From: Nymphaea colorata
Taxonomy: Eukaryota
Length of the DNA stretch: 64,000 bases
Assembly: GCF_008831285.2 (NCBI RefSeq)
Contig: NC_045138.2
Span: 42,656,001-42,720,000, forward strand
Reading direction: 5' to 3'
The translations under genes were made by a program, and so were the position numbers. Of this stretch, positions 1 to 13,957 are shown piece by piece. The stretch's first letter is position 1. Each line of letters begins with the position of its first letter. The notes beneath the pieces are model-generated. The model worked only from the letters and a program-made list of their open reading frames with translations. It ran no database searches and had not been told where the DNA came from.

Positions 1-507
1 GCACGTTGGTAATAGTCTGCTTTTCTCATCTCAGCAAACGTCATTAAAACCTTATACCCCAACACTTATCCTAGATGTTGGTAAATTTTTAACTGACGTC
101 TGTAGCTGAACATCGGTAATTTTCATTGGAAAAAAGTTTCATCGACTTGAGAATGGTCACGCGCCGGTAAAACTAGTTTCTTTCAGTACTTCTACCAATG
201 TCCATAGCTAAATGTTGGTAATTTTCACCAACAAAAAATTTCATTGATGCGAGAATGGTCACACATTAGTAAAACTAGCTTTGTTTTAGTACTTTTACTG
301 ACATCCAGAAAAGGATGTCGATAAAAATTATTTTTTAGCAATGTCTGAGTTGCAGACGTTGGTAAAGGCAAACTTCAATGACATGATGTAGTCACATGTT
401 AGTGAAGGCAGGCTTTCACCCATGTCTGCCTCTAGACATCAGTAAAAGTTGTCTTTTCATCGCTGAGAGATTTTCCACACATCGGTGAGTCCATCTTTTT
501 TGTAGTG
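1..507. mobile_element. CACTA (En/Spm) DNA transposon, right end with subterminal repeats (rest of element lies upstream of the window)
   Basis: Ends in TTTTTTGTAGTG (496-507), the reverse complement of CACTACAAAAAA. Positions 1-490 hold many degenerate copies of a gaygttggtaa/catcggtaa motif in both orientations, typical of CACTA subterminal regions. Confidence 0.8.
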
Positions 508-1423
508 GTAATAAAAGGTAGCTTCGGAAAACCACGAACCTATCCTTCTATGAAGGATGCCATTTTACTTGCCTACTGTAGTCTTTCTCCCATGTGCTTT
601 AAGTTATTTATATTTGTGAGGAATTTATCGAAGAAAAACAAAGGTAATTTAGACTTAGTTATGTGAATTATTATTCATTTAGTGGGGAGAAGTTATGCTT
701 TGTGATTTAGTGCATGATTTGACACAGAGTTTATAAAAGAAATAAGAAGCCATTGTGTCAATGATGGGTCATTAATTTAATAAGGAAACTCATATTTGAG
801 GGTGAGGACTTAAAAAAAGCCCAAATATCATGTTTTGTAAAGGAAGTGTTCAGAAAGGCTTCTCACCACTATATATACCAATAGAGACACTACAACAAAA
901 TGCCTTGTTCTTGAAAATGGATAGCCGTTGAGAGAGCAGAGGGGAGACTACCAACGACAAAATACATTGTCTGAGAGAGTATGTGGAAATGGAAGTTGCC
1001 ACTTTTGAAGATCGATTGAGAGAATGGTTGCTGTTGATGGCACTTGTGGTCGGCAAAAATCATCACAATAGAGCAGTTGAAATGGGTGCTCCTACTGGGC
1101 ACTATTGTTGCCAATAGTCATAAGGATAATGTTGGCCACCAAAAATTCAAAAAAAAGGCCAAAACCATCAATCGTAGATTGGGATGTACTTTCTCCAATG
1201 GTTTTTGGTACCAAATGCAACTTTCTCACTGGATCAAAGTGGTAGGTCTGTGCTTTTCTTTTTCAATGATGAATCTTCCATATTACTTCTGCAGCTTCAG
1301 TGCTTGTACCTTCAAAACCCCCAAAATGAGCTGCATAACCCAGTTTGATTCTTCCCCAATTTTCTAGCGGCAAAACTTCCCCAATTCATAGCATCCCCAA
1401 ATCTGCTACAATAACCTAAGCAA

Positions 1424-1676
1424 TGTCAAAAATGAAAGGTGAGAAATCTAGGAAGGGGAAAGGATGAATTATATTCCTTGTATATGAAATTACACATATT
1501 TATAGCATATATGCACAATGAGATCCATGAATCAAGGATTCTGGCATTCAAAGGATATGGCTGTTACACCGGTCATTACGGAAAAGTAAATAGTTAAGTA
1601 TGCAATATCCTTGATTTTCTATATGGGAACTACTACCTATCTTATCATGAAACATTAATTTCTAAAAAATCTGATA
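1424..1676 (-). repeat. Putative 3' LTR of Copia #1 (~250 bp)
   Basis: Bounded by TGTCA...TGATA (degenerate TGACA) and adjacent to a purine tract on the minus strand (aaatgggag) just after the RNase H end. No second LTR is available for comparison. Confidence 0.55.
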
Positions 1677-4600
1677 CTCCCATTTATGTTGGTGTGCGGA
1701 GGTTAGTAGCATGCCTTAAGTTGGTGTGCATAGGTTAGTAGCACCTGACTTGCCAATGAAGTTTTGGCAAGTTTCTCACCTAAGTAGTTTTGTAAAAATA
1801 TATGCTAATTGAAGATGAGTAGACATATGATGTGGATGAATGATGCTCCTCTAGATCTTTTCTCTCACAAAGTGACAATCATGCTTTATATGCTTGGTGC
1901 ACTCATGAAATATGGGATTCACCGATATATATAAGGTAGCTTGATTGTCGTAACAAAGATGAATTGTCTTAGTGTGGTATAATCCCAAGTCCATTAACAA
2001 TACTCCAAGCCACATTATTTCACTTGCCATGGTCGCCATTGCTCTATATTTTGCTTCAGCAGGTGAACATGCGACCATTGATTGTTTCTTCAACCTCCAT
2101 GAAATGAGACTCTTCCCAAGGTACACAATGTAACCATTGATGGACCGTCTATTCGTTGGGCAAACAGCCTAATCTGAATCACAATATATGCTTTGAGTTG
2201 TGGATCAGTCGATGTTGGTAAAATAATTCCTTTGCTCGGTGAAGATTTGAAGAAGATTAACACATAAAGAACAACCTCATAATGTGTAAGCCTTGGCGTT
2301 TGCATAAACTGACTAATTATCTGCACTAAAAACATAATATCTAAACAAGGCACAGTTAGATAATCAAATGTCCAACCAAACGGTGATATTTTGATGAATC
2401 TTCTAGAAGTTTGCCATCTTTTGTTGAGAGTTTTAGCTTTTGATCCATAGGAAAATCAACAAGCATGGCTCCAATAACCTTGCATCTGCCAATATGTCAA
2501 GGCTATACTTTTTCTGACTAAGAAATATACTAGTTATCACACAAGCAACTTCTATTTCCAAAAAAATATTTGAGCATTCCCAAATCTTTGATGTGAAAAC
2601 AAGTGTACAAAAATTGTTTCACGTTAACTATGCCTTCATTGTCATTCCCTACAATGATAAGGTCATTGGCATACACTAATATGACAATAAATTTTTCATC
2701 AGTGCGTTGAGTAAACAATGTATAATCAACAACTGATAGAACAAAATTTTGCATCTTTTAGGGCTGATGTAATTTTTTTGAAAAAGTTTTGAGATGACTA
2801 TTAAAGCCCATATAGAGATTTGTGAAGTTGACAAATCTGGTTGCTTGGATACTCCCCTTGAAGCAAAAAACCAGATGGTAAGGTCATGTATACCTCCTTG
2901 TTAAGATCTTCGATCTTCATGATTGAAAGCATTGCTGACATCCATTTGATATAAAGACCATCCTTGAATGGAAGCAAGGGCGAGCAATATTTGCATGGTC
3001 GTCATTTTGTTGACTGGAGCAAAGATCTCGTGATAATCAAGTCCTTTAATTTAGGTATATCCCTTAGCATCAAAACATGATTTGTATCACTCAATGGTTC
3101 CATCAGGTCTACACTTAATTTTGTACACCCAACAACATTCAATGGGGTGTTTATTGGGATTAAGCCTGGGCACCGGGCCAGGCCGCCGCCAGGTACCCAG
3201 CCGACCACGGGCCCCGGCCCGGGCCAGTGAGAAAATGATTTTCGGGCTCGGGCTTGCCACTGTGATCGCCGGCAGCCCAAGAAGCCTGACATTTTTTTTT
3301 TCCAAAAATGAACTTAGGGTTAGGCTTTTCTTTTCATCTTTTCGTTTCATTACAAAGTTTCATCCCCGTCGAGCTCGAGACTGCCTCCTCCAGTCCTCCT
3401 CGTTGCCCCTTAGCTGCCTCCTCCGGTCCTCCCCGTTGTTCATCGCCGTCGCACAGCTGCTCTACTTGCTTCATCATTGGTTGCATCGAGTGCTTCCCCT
3501 CCAGAGGGCTGAACTCGGCCTTTCTGCTGGCTGGTGTTGTTTTGTCGACTGCCGGGCGCTGGATTCTTCTTCCCATCCATCCTTCTTGCAGGTGCGCCAC
3601 TTTTCCCTTTCTCCCTGTCCGTCTCATTCCCTTGTTTCGCATCCTTTTTTTCTTCCCTTTCTTCTTCTGAAGGAAAATAGCAGCCCTCTGTGGTTGTCGG
3701 CCTGAGAGGGCTTCCCTTTCTTCACTTAGATTAAACATGCTTTCTTTCTTCTTCTCAAGCGCACCTACTGATGTTTATCTGAAACTGCTTCTTTCACATG
3801 TTCGATTTTGTGTTTTTTTGTTTTTGTCTAATCGATTCTCTTTTCCAGGGACTGGGAAAGGAGGCAAATCTAGTTTTGACACCTCAATGAAGTAGCAGTA
3901 GATACCTTGGGGACCTCAGGTTCGTGTAGAGGTTCCCATTCATACAGAATATCTCCACCTTCGATGTTGTCTCCTGCGTGTTGTTGCTCAAATTGAAACT
4001 CCAGACTTTTTTTATTTGCATGAACTTGAGGACAACCTGCACCCTGCTCTCTTGGACTTCTACAAGAATATAGCCATGCTTTGCTGTTCTATTTATTTTT
4101 TTCCACGCATCACATTGCCATAGTGTTGAGGGATGAGAACATGAAAGGAAATGTATGTAACGTGTGTCCTGCCTGTTATTTTTCCTGTTTTTCTTTTTTT
4201 ATTGGTGCTGGCCATGCCCAGAAGTGAATTAATTTTGTATTTGGATGCAACTGAGTGTTTGTTTTGTGGTTTTTAATAATTATCTATATGTTAACTAGTG
4301 TCATGTCTATGTTTTACTTGTTTAATCATGTTTATAACCAATTTTAAGTCATTGAATGTGTATATTAAGTAGAGTGTAATTTACATTTCCTTTCCTTTCT
4401 AAGTAGACTGATATTGTGTTTTTTAGTGGAACTTCTATAGCAGCAATGTAGAATAGGACTAATTATTGAGCATAGTGTATTTTTAGTCTACAAGTTGTTT
4501 GATTCATAGTCATATTCTATGGTAAGTGTAATGCACTAACCAGCAGTTTTATTAGACTGCCAGCTAGTGTAGGCCCAATTTACAGTAGTTAACTATAGTT

Positions 4601-5519
4601 TTCTAACATAAAACTTGTTTTCTTAGTTATTCTTAATAATTATCTTTCATTTGGATCCATTTTTAGGTGAATATTAGTTTTGGGTGTAAAGTGTTTTTAC
4701 TATAGTTTCTGATTTTAGATTAGTATGTATGCACAGTAGCCTGTTTTTTACTATGTCTTCTACTGTGATTTCTGCTACAGTTTGCTAGGGTAAATAGTTA
4801 TCTTTCATTTGACTTTGTTTTTAGATGAAAAATGAGTTGTTGACTGCAAGGCATGTCGATTTTAAGGGTGTGACTGTTGGTGACTGCATTTTCAGGTTTA
4901 TTATTATAGCTGGCCGTCTCCCTGTAACTGTTATGTTTCCATAATTGAAAATTAATGACATTGGATGTTTGTAATGGAGAAAAATAAAGGTAAGAGAGGC
5001 AAGCCAATGCTCTACACTGTTACCATCCATGCTCAATGATGTTGGTCTTCATGAATTTAATTCTAATGTGGTTTTGTAGGTCTTTGAGCTTGCCAAAGCC
5101 AAGAGGGGAAACATTATCAAGACACTCAATTCTTGGACCAGGTTGACTTAACTCCTATTGAGTTGCCAAGGTTAGACTCTTGACATTTATATATTGATAT
5201 GATTAATGGTACAAACTCTGTTTTAGTTGAAATGCTCCTCTTTTAGGTCTGCACATAGAGATCATGTTTTGGTATGTTTGTTTATCAATTAACTTCCCTC
5301 AATCTTCAATGTGATATATTTTGGTATGTTTGTTTCTTTCAACAAGTTGCAACTTATTCTGTCTTAGTTATTGTTTAACAATAGTTTTAATAGGTTCATT
5401 CCTATGATATTGTGCATCTTGATGGTCTTTCTTATTGTCTTCATTATTTACGTGTGTCATTTCAATTTATGTCAGTTATGTTGCCTGATTCATTTGATAA
5501 AGAATATTGTCCAACTCCT

Positions 5520-7882
5520 ATTATGGAATCAGTCAAATCATCTACCAAGAGAGAAGTTGTCTCCAAGAGAAAAGCCATTTAAGTCGACAAATAAAATCTT
5601 GTTTAAGTAGGAAAATCAGTGAAGGAAAACAAAGAACTTTATCACTTGCAGTTAGTGACACTGGTGCAACTTATCTATGTATACAAAAATTTGACATGGA
5701 GTCTATAAGAAAGTTGTAAAGGAGAGGAGTTTGTCAAATGCAAACATCGTGGAGAACGACTGAAAGCAAGCAGTGCTCATGGAACTAGCCATTTAAGTCG
5801 ACAAATAAAATCTTGTTTAAGTAGGAAAATCAGTAAAGGAAAACAAAGAACTTTATCACTTGTAGTTAGTGACACTGGTGCAACTTCTCTATGTATACAA
5901 AAATTTGACATGGAGTCTATAAGAAGGTTGTAAAGGAGAGGAGTTTGTCAAATGCAAACATTGTGGAGAACGACTGAAAGCAAGCAGTGCTCATGGAGCT
6001 AGCCATTTAAGTCGACATATAAAATCTTGTTTAAGTAGGAAAATCAGTGAAAGAAAATAAAGAACTGTATCACTTGTAGTTAGTGACTCTGGTGCAACTT
6101 CTCTATGTATACAACAATTTGACATGGAGTCTATAAGAAAGTTGATGCCAAAGTGTGTAATAACACACAAGCTTTCGTTCAATTTAGCATAATATAAATA
6201 TCATAACAAACTTCTTCAAGCTTGCAACCATAGGTTCATTCCATTTTCTAAAAGAATTTTGAAAAGAAAAATTATGTCAATGTATAAGACTAAGAAAGCA
6301 CGACTTGAAGGATTTATAAATGATTCTACGCAATGAGTTTCATTGACATTTGATATGTGGACTTCACAGCAAACATTGGGTTATCTATGCGTGACAGGAC
6401 AATATGTTGATAGATATTGAAAGTTACAGGCTCATATGTTTAATTTTGTACATGTACCCTTGCCACATAATGCAAATAGTTTGTGTGAGGCTTTATGAGA
6501 ATGCATCTCTAAGTGGAACATTCGGTCAAAGTTATTTTCTATTACTGCCGATAATTGTTCAATGAATGATAGTGCAATAACTACATTGAGAAGGAACTTA
6601 GAAAGAAGAAATCTTATTCCAATGCAAGGACAACATTTTCATATTCGCTGTGGTGCGCATATTCTAAATCTTATGGTTCAAGATGGTATGCAGGATTTGC
6701 ATGATACAATTTCAAAAATTCATGAAAGAGTTAAATATGTAAAGGGATCACCAAAGCGACTACATTCATTTAAGGATTGTATAAGACCAGTGGGCTTGAT
6801 TGGTATAAAGAATTTAACTTATGATGTTCCAACTCGATGGAACTCTACATATGTCATGTTGAGAGAGGCATTGTTTTACAAAGATGCATTTCGACATTTA
6901 GCTTCTGTAGATCCAAATTATATAAATTTACCTTTTGATGATGAATGGTCTTATGCAACTACCTTGTGCCAGTTTTTGAAGTTATTCTATAATGTTATAA
7001 ATATCTTCTCTGCCACTAGAAATGTAACAACTAATGTGATTTTTGAAGAAATATAGAAGGTACGCAACCATTTGCGTAAACATCATTTGACAAACAATGA
7101 TTATATAAGGTCATTAGCATACAAAATGCAAGAAAAGTTTGACAAATATTGGAAAAAAGACTATAATGTCCTCTTTGGAATTGCATTTGTCTTAGATCCT
7201 AGGTCCAAACTGGGATATTTGAAGTATGTGCGTGAGAGCTTAAATGAAGTTGATGCAATAGTACAATATGAAAAAGTAGAGAACAGTCTTTATGAATTGT
7301 ATGCTGAGTACAAAAACATGTACGGTACAAACGATGTAGAAAATGAAAATGCAAACAAAGCAATTGTTGATTTTGAAGAAGAGAGAGCTTCAATTTTTTC
7401 AAGAGATGCTTTCTTCACATATTACATGAGTTCTGCATCTCCTCAAGTACCTCACACAGATCTGGAAGCATATTTAACTGATCCAATAGAACGATCTCGG
7501 TCTGATGAAGACTTCAATATATTATCTTGGTGGAAGACAAATGAAAGTAAATATAGAGTTTTATCCAAATTGGCTCGAGATATCTTGGCAATCCCTATAT
7601 CCATAGTTGCATCTGAGTCTGCATTCAGTACAACTGGAAGAATCATTAATGATTGTCGATGTTCAACCACTCCTGAAACTGTTGAAGCATTAGTTTGCAC
7701 ACATAGTTGGATTCATGATGAAGATATCTCATGCGAAACGTAAGATGTTCAATGTTTAATGTTAAATTTTAATCATTATTTTTGTTTTTTATGATTATAC
7801 TAACATTGTAGTTTGCTTGTGGTGATGTGTTTTTTGTAGTTTTGAAGATAAGGAGGAATCTTCTGGTGATGAATTAGCATGA
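5520..7882 (+). pseudogene. hAT transposase pseudogene (BED zinc finger, catalytic region, hATC dimerisation domain)
   Basis: Motifs CKHCGE..GTSHLSRHIKSC (BED), SLTFDMWTS, ITADN, HIRCGAHILNL, DVPTRWNSTY, VLDPR, ILSWWK..YRVLSKLARDILAIPISIVASESAFS. In-frame stops (e.g. ~7054). A probable terminal intron 7740-7839 (GT..AG) would add FEDKEESSGDELA*. Confidence 0.9.
5573..6143 (+). repeat. 214-bp tandem repeat (~2.7 copies) inside the hAT transposase 5' region
   Basis: agccatttaagtcgaca recurs at 5573, 5787 and 6001, each followed by near-identical sequence. Confidence 0.95.
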
Positions 7883-10800
7883 TTTATATTTCATTGTGGT
7901 AAAATGTTATAACATTTCCTTTACATTTTATAAAATCCCCTTGACACACATGCACACACAAGTTGATGTATGGTTAGTGCCTTATGCCTTAGAATTGGTC
8001 ATTAAGAACTTTCAGGAAACGAGTCTGAATAACTTTTTGTCTGTGTAAGATCACTACCATGAAATTGTCGTTAGTTGTCAATAATTGTTCTGTTTTGCTT
8101 GTCTACTTCTCTAAAGAATTAATTTTAAATTCACCTTCAAAAGTTCAGAAAGGCAATGGCAACATGGGTATGGCATTGGATCCTGCTGCACTTTTTTTCC
8201 ACTGTATCTCCTGATAGATATTAACATTTCTCCTTGCCTTTGGCAGCACTATATCTTATAGAAACATGGGTATGGCATTGGGTTTTTTGGGCAGTACTTT
8301 GTGAGGAAGCTGGTGACCATTCTTGGTTGGGCCTCTGTCATATTTCATCTTATCATCTATCATTTTCTTAAGCACGCTCGTAATGGGTATGGCAGCAAAC
8401 CATTTGTTATTGGTGCAACTAGTCAAATCACTGATTGTTAACACTAACACAATTAATCTGCTGAACTTCAGGCATCGTTGGCATCAACAAGAGCATTGGA
8501 TGATCCAGAATCATGAATACATGGGATTTTTAAGCATCTATGCAACACTATGTTTATAGCATAGACACTATGCGTTAATCTCCTTGAACATATGCTATTA
8601 TGTTTTTGATTTTGTATAGCTTTAAAATACCTGCTCATTTGTACTCCCCGTCCATGTAAGGTTAGAAACAATGAAGGACTGCTCTTGTAAATGGGAGTTT
8701 ATGTAATGTAATGTGGTGCCCTGTAACTACGTTTGAGATAAGTTTGTAATTGGTTGTTTCCTGTCAGCCTGTGAACTTTGTCTGCATTCCTCTACGAAGA
8801 ATTCTTCTGAAAACCTTACTTCATATGTTTCAAATATCCTGTATTCTTCTGAAAAATCCCTTATAAAAATTATTGTTATTTTTTTGCATTGAATATAGAA
8901 GCAAACTAAGTCGAGAAACAGGCCCAACCCGATATTACATGGGCCCGGCCCGGCCTGTTTAGAAACGGGCCGGGCTTTGGGCTGGCCCGATACAGTTTCC
9001 AGGCTTCAAATGCCCAGCCCTAATTGGGAGGTAGAGTAGTGATGATCCATGTCCCATTGTGTTCCAAGGCCTTAATTTCTTCCATCATTGCATCCCACCA
9101 ACATGGATGCTTTACAATGTCATCAAATGTGCAAGGTTCTGCATCTTGAATAATGGATCACATAAATGCTGAATGGACAAGTGAAAATTTAGAGATATGC
9201 AAATATTTATGACTAGGATATCAAGTGCCTGTGGCTGCCAAAGTAAGTTGATCAGAGATTGGGATAGGCTTAGACATTGGATTGGAAAACACCATATTAG
9301 AATAGATATAGTCTTGGAGATAGATGGGTTTGTGACGTGGATGGGTAAAGCGGTGAACATCAGTCACTAGAGGTATGGATTGAGTAAGATCTGGGTGGAT
9401 TGTAGTAGTTCAAACTCAAATGGTGGTCAATTTCAACATGCGATGATGGTGAATTCTCAACCAGTGATGCAGAGGTTTCAATGGATGGTGATATTTGGTG
9501 AGGATGTGGAATTCTGTCACCCACTTGCATAAAATGTAAAATCTTCTTCACGTGTTGTGTCCTCTTGGGCCTTTGGTAAAACATGTAATGCTTGTAAACC
9601 ACGATGGATGTCACTATTTTGAAATGGGAGTCAGTCATCATAGAAAATGGCATCATGACTTGTGAAAGACATTGATTTTGGATATCATAAACACAATATC
9701 CTTTTTTATTAAATGTGATAGGACCCATTCTATCGATTCGAGGGTTGATCATTCATAGCATCTTTACTAAGAGTGATCAATCCAAGATCCAAAACAACTA
9801 TGCCTAATGCTTAATATTTTCAGTATTATGCTTCAACCATAATGAACAATGTATAATGCATATGCATATGAACCTTAGTTTAAAATGGAATTGGTTTTTA
9901 AAAGCTAAAAGGGACCATAAGTGCATCGGTCATAACATGCCTAAAGTGCACATATCAACAATGGTCATGATATGTACCCTATGTCTACATGATGCATGTA
10001 ATTGAGAAAACTAATTTGGAACATGGAATTAGATTTGGAAATTAGAGATGGCATTACGATTCAAACTTGATTTTAGAAGAAATGGAATACTAGATTTGAA
10101 AATTGACTTTGGGACATGAGCCCAAAAGGATTTTCAATATGGCCAAAAAATAGAATTTGAGAGATAAGTTTAGCAATCAAGTTAGAAGATAGCATTTGAG
10201 TTCAAGTTAGAAACTTGGATATTGAAAAACAGAGTTGAAAAACTTGTTTAGAACAAGTGGAAGACATAATGCTAGTCTGCAATTGTTTCCTATAAGATGT
10301 TGAGGCATTCAGCCTTCTTCGAATAGGAAGATTCATCTAACAACCCGGATGGTGCAGAACCCATGGTTTCTAAGAGGGAGGTACACGTGTGTAATGGTAT
10401 TTGTGTTGACTAACATGTGAAGAGATAAAAAATCAAGTGCGTGCGTGCATGACAAACCATTCTATACAACTAGTACGTGAAAACAAACTATATGCAATGC
10501 AAAACTAATAAAAAACATCACATAATGAGGAAATGAAAGAATACTGAAAAAGGGCAATGTGTGCACTTTGAGATTGCTTAACGACATGGTAGTATTGCCA
10601 AGGGTCATCCTAACATGCACGATTCATTTTTTCAATGAATCTTAAAGTGTAGATGAATGTATGATCCTAAGTGAACTATCACAATAAAAAGTAATGTCAC
10701 ACAGAAAAACATACCATAGCATGCTAAAATCATAATTTGCAAGCAAGACTACGAAGAGAGCTTTAGGACACATGGAGATAACCAGACGAGCACCCTGAAC

Positions 10801-13800
10801 AAAGATACTAACCAGCACAAGCAAGACTGACCTCCTAAGCCTGGTATGAAATCTATTCAACACGGAACATAACATTACATGTAAAAGGATGAGGCTACAT
10901 GGACTATAAATGCATGTAATGACATGGAGCATTATGAATCCTATCTATCCACATTGAGAATGCTTGTTCTAGTACTATCGTGCAAAGAATTAGCCAAAAA
11001 CATACATGAAAAGCACAAACATACATTGACCTACCTACTTATTAGAAAAACATAACATAGTATGCACCTTTAAGGAACACAACCTATAATAAAGACAAAA
11101 CTGACCTAACATACCATGAAACTTAACAATGTAGTTTAGATACCTAAATTGGACTGCACATGTTAAGATTCATATCACACTTAAAACAAGGATTGAATGC
11201 CGAATCAACAAGTAGGAACTTGAATTCTACAAAATTGCAAAACAGAATACTTGGTTTGACAGTCAACTTCAGACGAGTGTTGGTTTTACAAAATTAATGC
11301 AGATTTAGGTTAGGCATGGCTGAAAATATATCTCAAAAAACAAAAAATTCTGCAAAACAAAACTTAGTGGGTTGGTAAAATAGCTTAATTTGAGGCAACA
11401 CAAATCATATAAAACCTTCTCAGTTTGACTTGAAATTTGGTGTAAAAAACAGTAAAATTAAGCTATGGTCTAAGTGAAAAGTTATGGCATGCCAAACGAA
11501 GAGAAAACATGATTATTGCTGAAATAGTAGAAAACTGTGCTGAACTATTCTACTTTAAGTTGAAATTTGATTGTTCAAACAGACATCTTTTGGCTTGAAT
11601 TATTCAACATAAAATTTTGGCATAATAAAATCATTAATCTCAATTTAAACACAATAAAATTAGAGTTGAATATAACGTTACAACATGAGAAACTTGATGA
11701 ATGTAAAAAATGGAGCAAAACAAATTATCATGCATGAAAATAAAAGAAATAATAGATGCAAGCTAAATAATTATAACACGACTAGTTACAAGCATGATAC
11801 ATAAAGAGGTTTTGCATGAATCAAGGTAATCATCCATTGTCATTGCTTTTAGATTCATGAAAACTTATATAAATATGTTATTCATGAAGTAAACGAAACA
11901 AAATCTATGTTGGCCAAGAGAGAAAATGTTGTCCATAAGAATGGATGCCCCTCTTGATGGCCAAATCAAGTATGCGTTGCACATGAAAAAGTTGATTGTA
12001 ATAATATATAATGCCATAAATTGAGTGTTTTCTATGGGAGCTAACATCTATATAGATGGTCTGAACCTTTCTACTTCGACTATGATCCATGACAAAACAT
12101 GAAAATTCTATAGATATTTAGGAGAACACTTAATCTACAAAGACAAATTGTTCATCATTGGTCATGAGAACTTTGTAAGAAGAACATAATAGCAAATAAA
12201 GCAAATAAGATGGAGCCTCCATGGAGAACTCCACACACACGCATAGCTGGAATATAAAGAGAAAAAGAAAGATAAAAAGGGATGGCTAGAGAACAAGGTA
12301 ATAGAGAAAAAAATGGATGGTCTACCTCTTTGGCTAGGTTCTTCTTCTTCTTCTTCTCCATCGATCCTCTCTCTTGGACATCCCAACTGACTCTTCCTAG
12401 GGGTAGCAAAAGTTCTACCCCTTCTTTTAAAAACCTGAAAATTGATTAAGTCAAAGAATCTGAAAAGAAGGAATAAAAAACACTAAGAATAAAGATAGAG
12501 ACACATTTGCAAATTGGTTAAGTAAAAAACACTAAGAATGAAGATAGGGACACACTTTATTTACAATGCTGTTGAGTGGCATTTTAGTGAAATTTGGAAA
12601 GTTTAAACCCTAAGTGGGTCGTGATGTATGGTGGCCATGAGGTTAACACTATTAAAAAGCATGATAAGTTAGCTCTAATATGGATGGCCAGGATTATCCT
12701 TGGTGCCATCATTTTGGAGCTGCAGATTTTGAAACATAGATGTGGATCAAATGTCAAATGAAATGTTTGGATTGAAAATCTTGATCAGGATCATGAATGA
12801 AGATTTGGATCTATTATGGATAAAAAATTGGATCATAAATTTTAGATTGAAATTATAAATTTGGACATACCAAGCCTAGATAGGCTAGGTCAAATGAGGA
12901 CTGGTTTTAGTGGACTGGGTTCAGTTGATCGTGCCTAATCCAACTAAGACTAGTTTTAATGAAAATGGACTCCATTGACAAGCCCGGTGAATTGGAGTAA
13001 GCTCTTGTCTACTGAGCTAAAAATTGGACCATGTGCGAGTCAAGATGAGATCTGGGCCATGTCTTAGTTGATTTATTTTAGGCAGGTCAAAATGACATGA
13101 TTGAATTTGACTGGGTCAGAGTTGCAGACTAAATCCAGTGAGCTAAGCAAGGCTTGGCTTTGTTTGAGATGGGTTCACTTCCTTTCAACACTTTAAATCA
13201 GGCATGTATTGAAAAACTAAGCAGGGTGTGCTCGACAGATCTAAACTTGGCAAGCTTCAACAAACTTGAGATCTAAGTTTACTATAAATCTATTACAGGC
13301 ACTTTTTTTAGAACATAAGGATTGCAAACCTTGATGATACTTAGACAGGTTGCTAAGGATTGGGGTTCGTGGACCCCTCCAAAGCTATATTTGGCAAGTT
13401 TCACACACTTGAGGTTTTTCAAGGTTTGTCAGGATTATTTCAGGCAAGTTTTGGGAAACTCAATTCCAAGGGTCCTACCAGGTTTAAATTAGTTAGGTCA
13501 TGGAAGATATGACTAGGTGGGTTTATTGGAGCTATATTTCATAGTTTTAGTGAAGTTAGGATTGGCATGCCTTGTTGAAGCTATTTTTGACAATTTTGAG
13601 AAACTAGGGTTTGAGGGTCCTATCGAAGCTATTTTAAGCAGGATTTTGAAAGTCAAGAGTATTTTGATTTTTGAGAGGCTATTCTTGTCAAGTATGGTTG
13701 TCTTCAAGTCTATGGATCATATTGAGTTATTTTAGTTAGTTTTTGGAAGTAGATATTTGTGAGCCCCTGTTGAGTATATTTTTAGCAAGTCACACTCTTG

Positions 13801-13957
13801 TTTGGTGAGCAATATTAGATATGACATGCCTAAAAATAGTTTCTAATGGAGTTTGATTTCCAAATTTGGCATGGTTGAGCATCATATCTTAAATCTTAGT
13901 TTAATTTACAAAAAACAAACTTATGAATTGATCCAAAAGTAGGTTTTCCTAAAGGAC

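Larger units (their letters stand above)
3161..9022 (+). mobile_element. hAT-superfamily DNA transposon, full length (~5.86 kb), transposase inactivated
   Basis: Imperfect 12-bp TIRs TAAGCCTGGGCA (3161) and TGCCCAGCCCTA (9011-9022). 8-bp TSD ATTGGGAT/ATTGGGAG (3153-3160, 9023-9030). GGGCC/GGCCC-rich subterminal regions. Removing the element restores the Copia RT frame NGTWIITTLPPN-KHPIECCWVYK. Confidence 0.95.
1424..9752 (-). mobile_element. Ty1/Copia LTR retrotransposon #1, degenerate, 5'-truncated, split by a hAT insertion
   Basis: Minus-strand fragments: RNase H (LGKSLISWRLKKQSMVACSPAEAKY...CYDNQAT...IFHECTKHIKHDCHFVREKI), RT (ILVYANDLII; HIKDLGMLKYFFG; KHPIECCWVYKIK) and integrase C-terminal region (KKGYCVYD). 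Many stops and frameshifts. Confidence 0.9.

Noticed and set aside
850..1400. Possible LINE RNase H-like remnant on the minus strand
   Set aside because: Motif resemblance too weak to support without a search.
3002..3738. Several overlapping ORFs up to 207 aa
   Set aside because: They come from the GC-rich hAT subterminal region and cross the Copia/hAT junction; low complexity, no domain.
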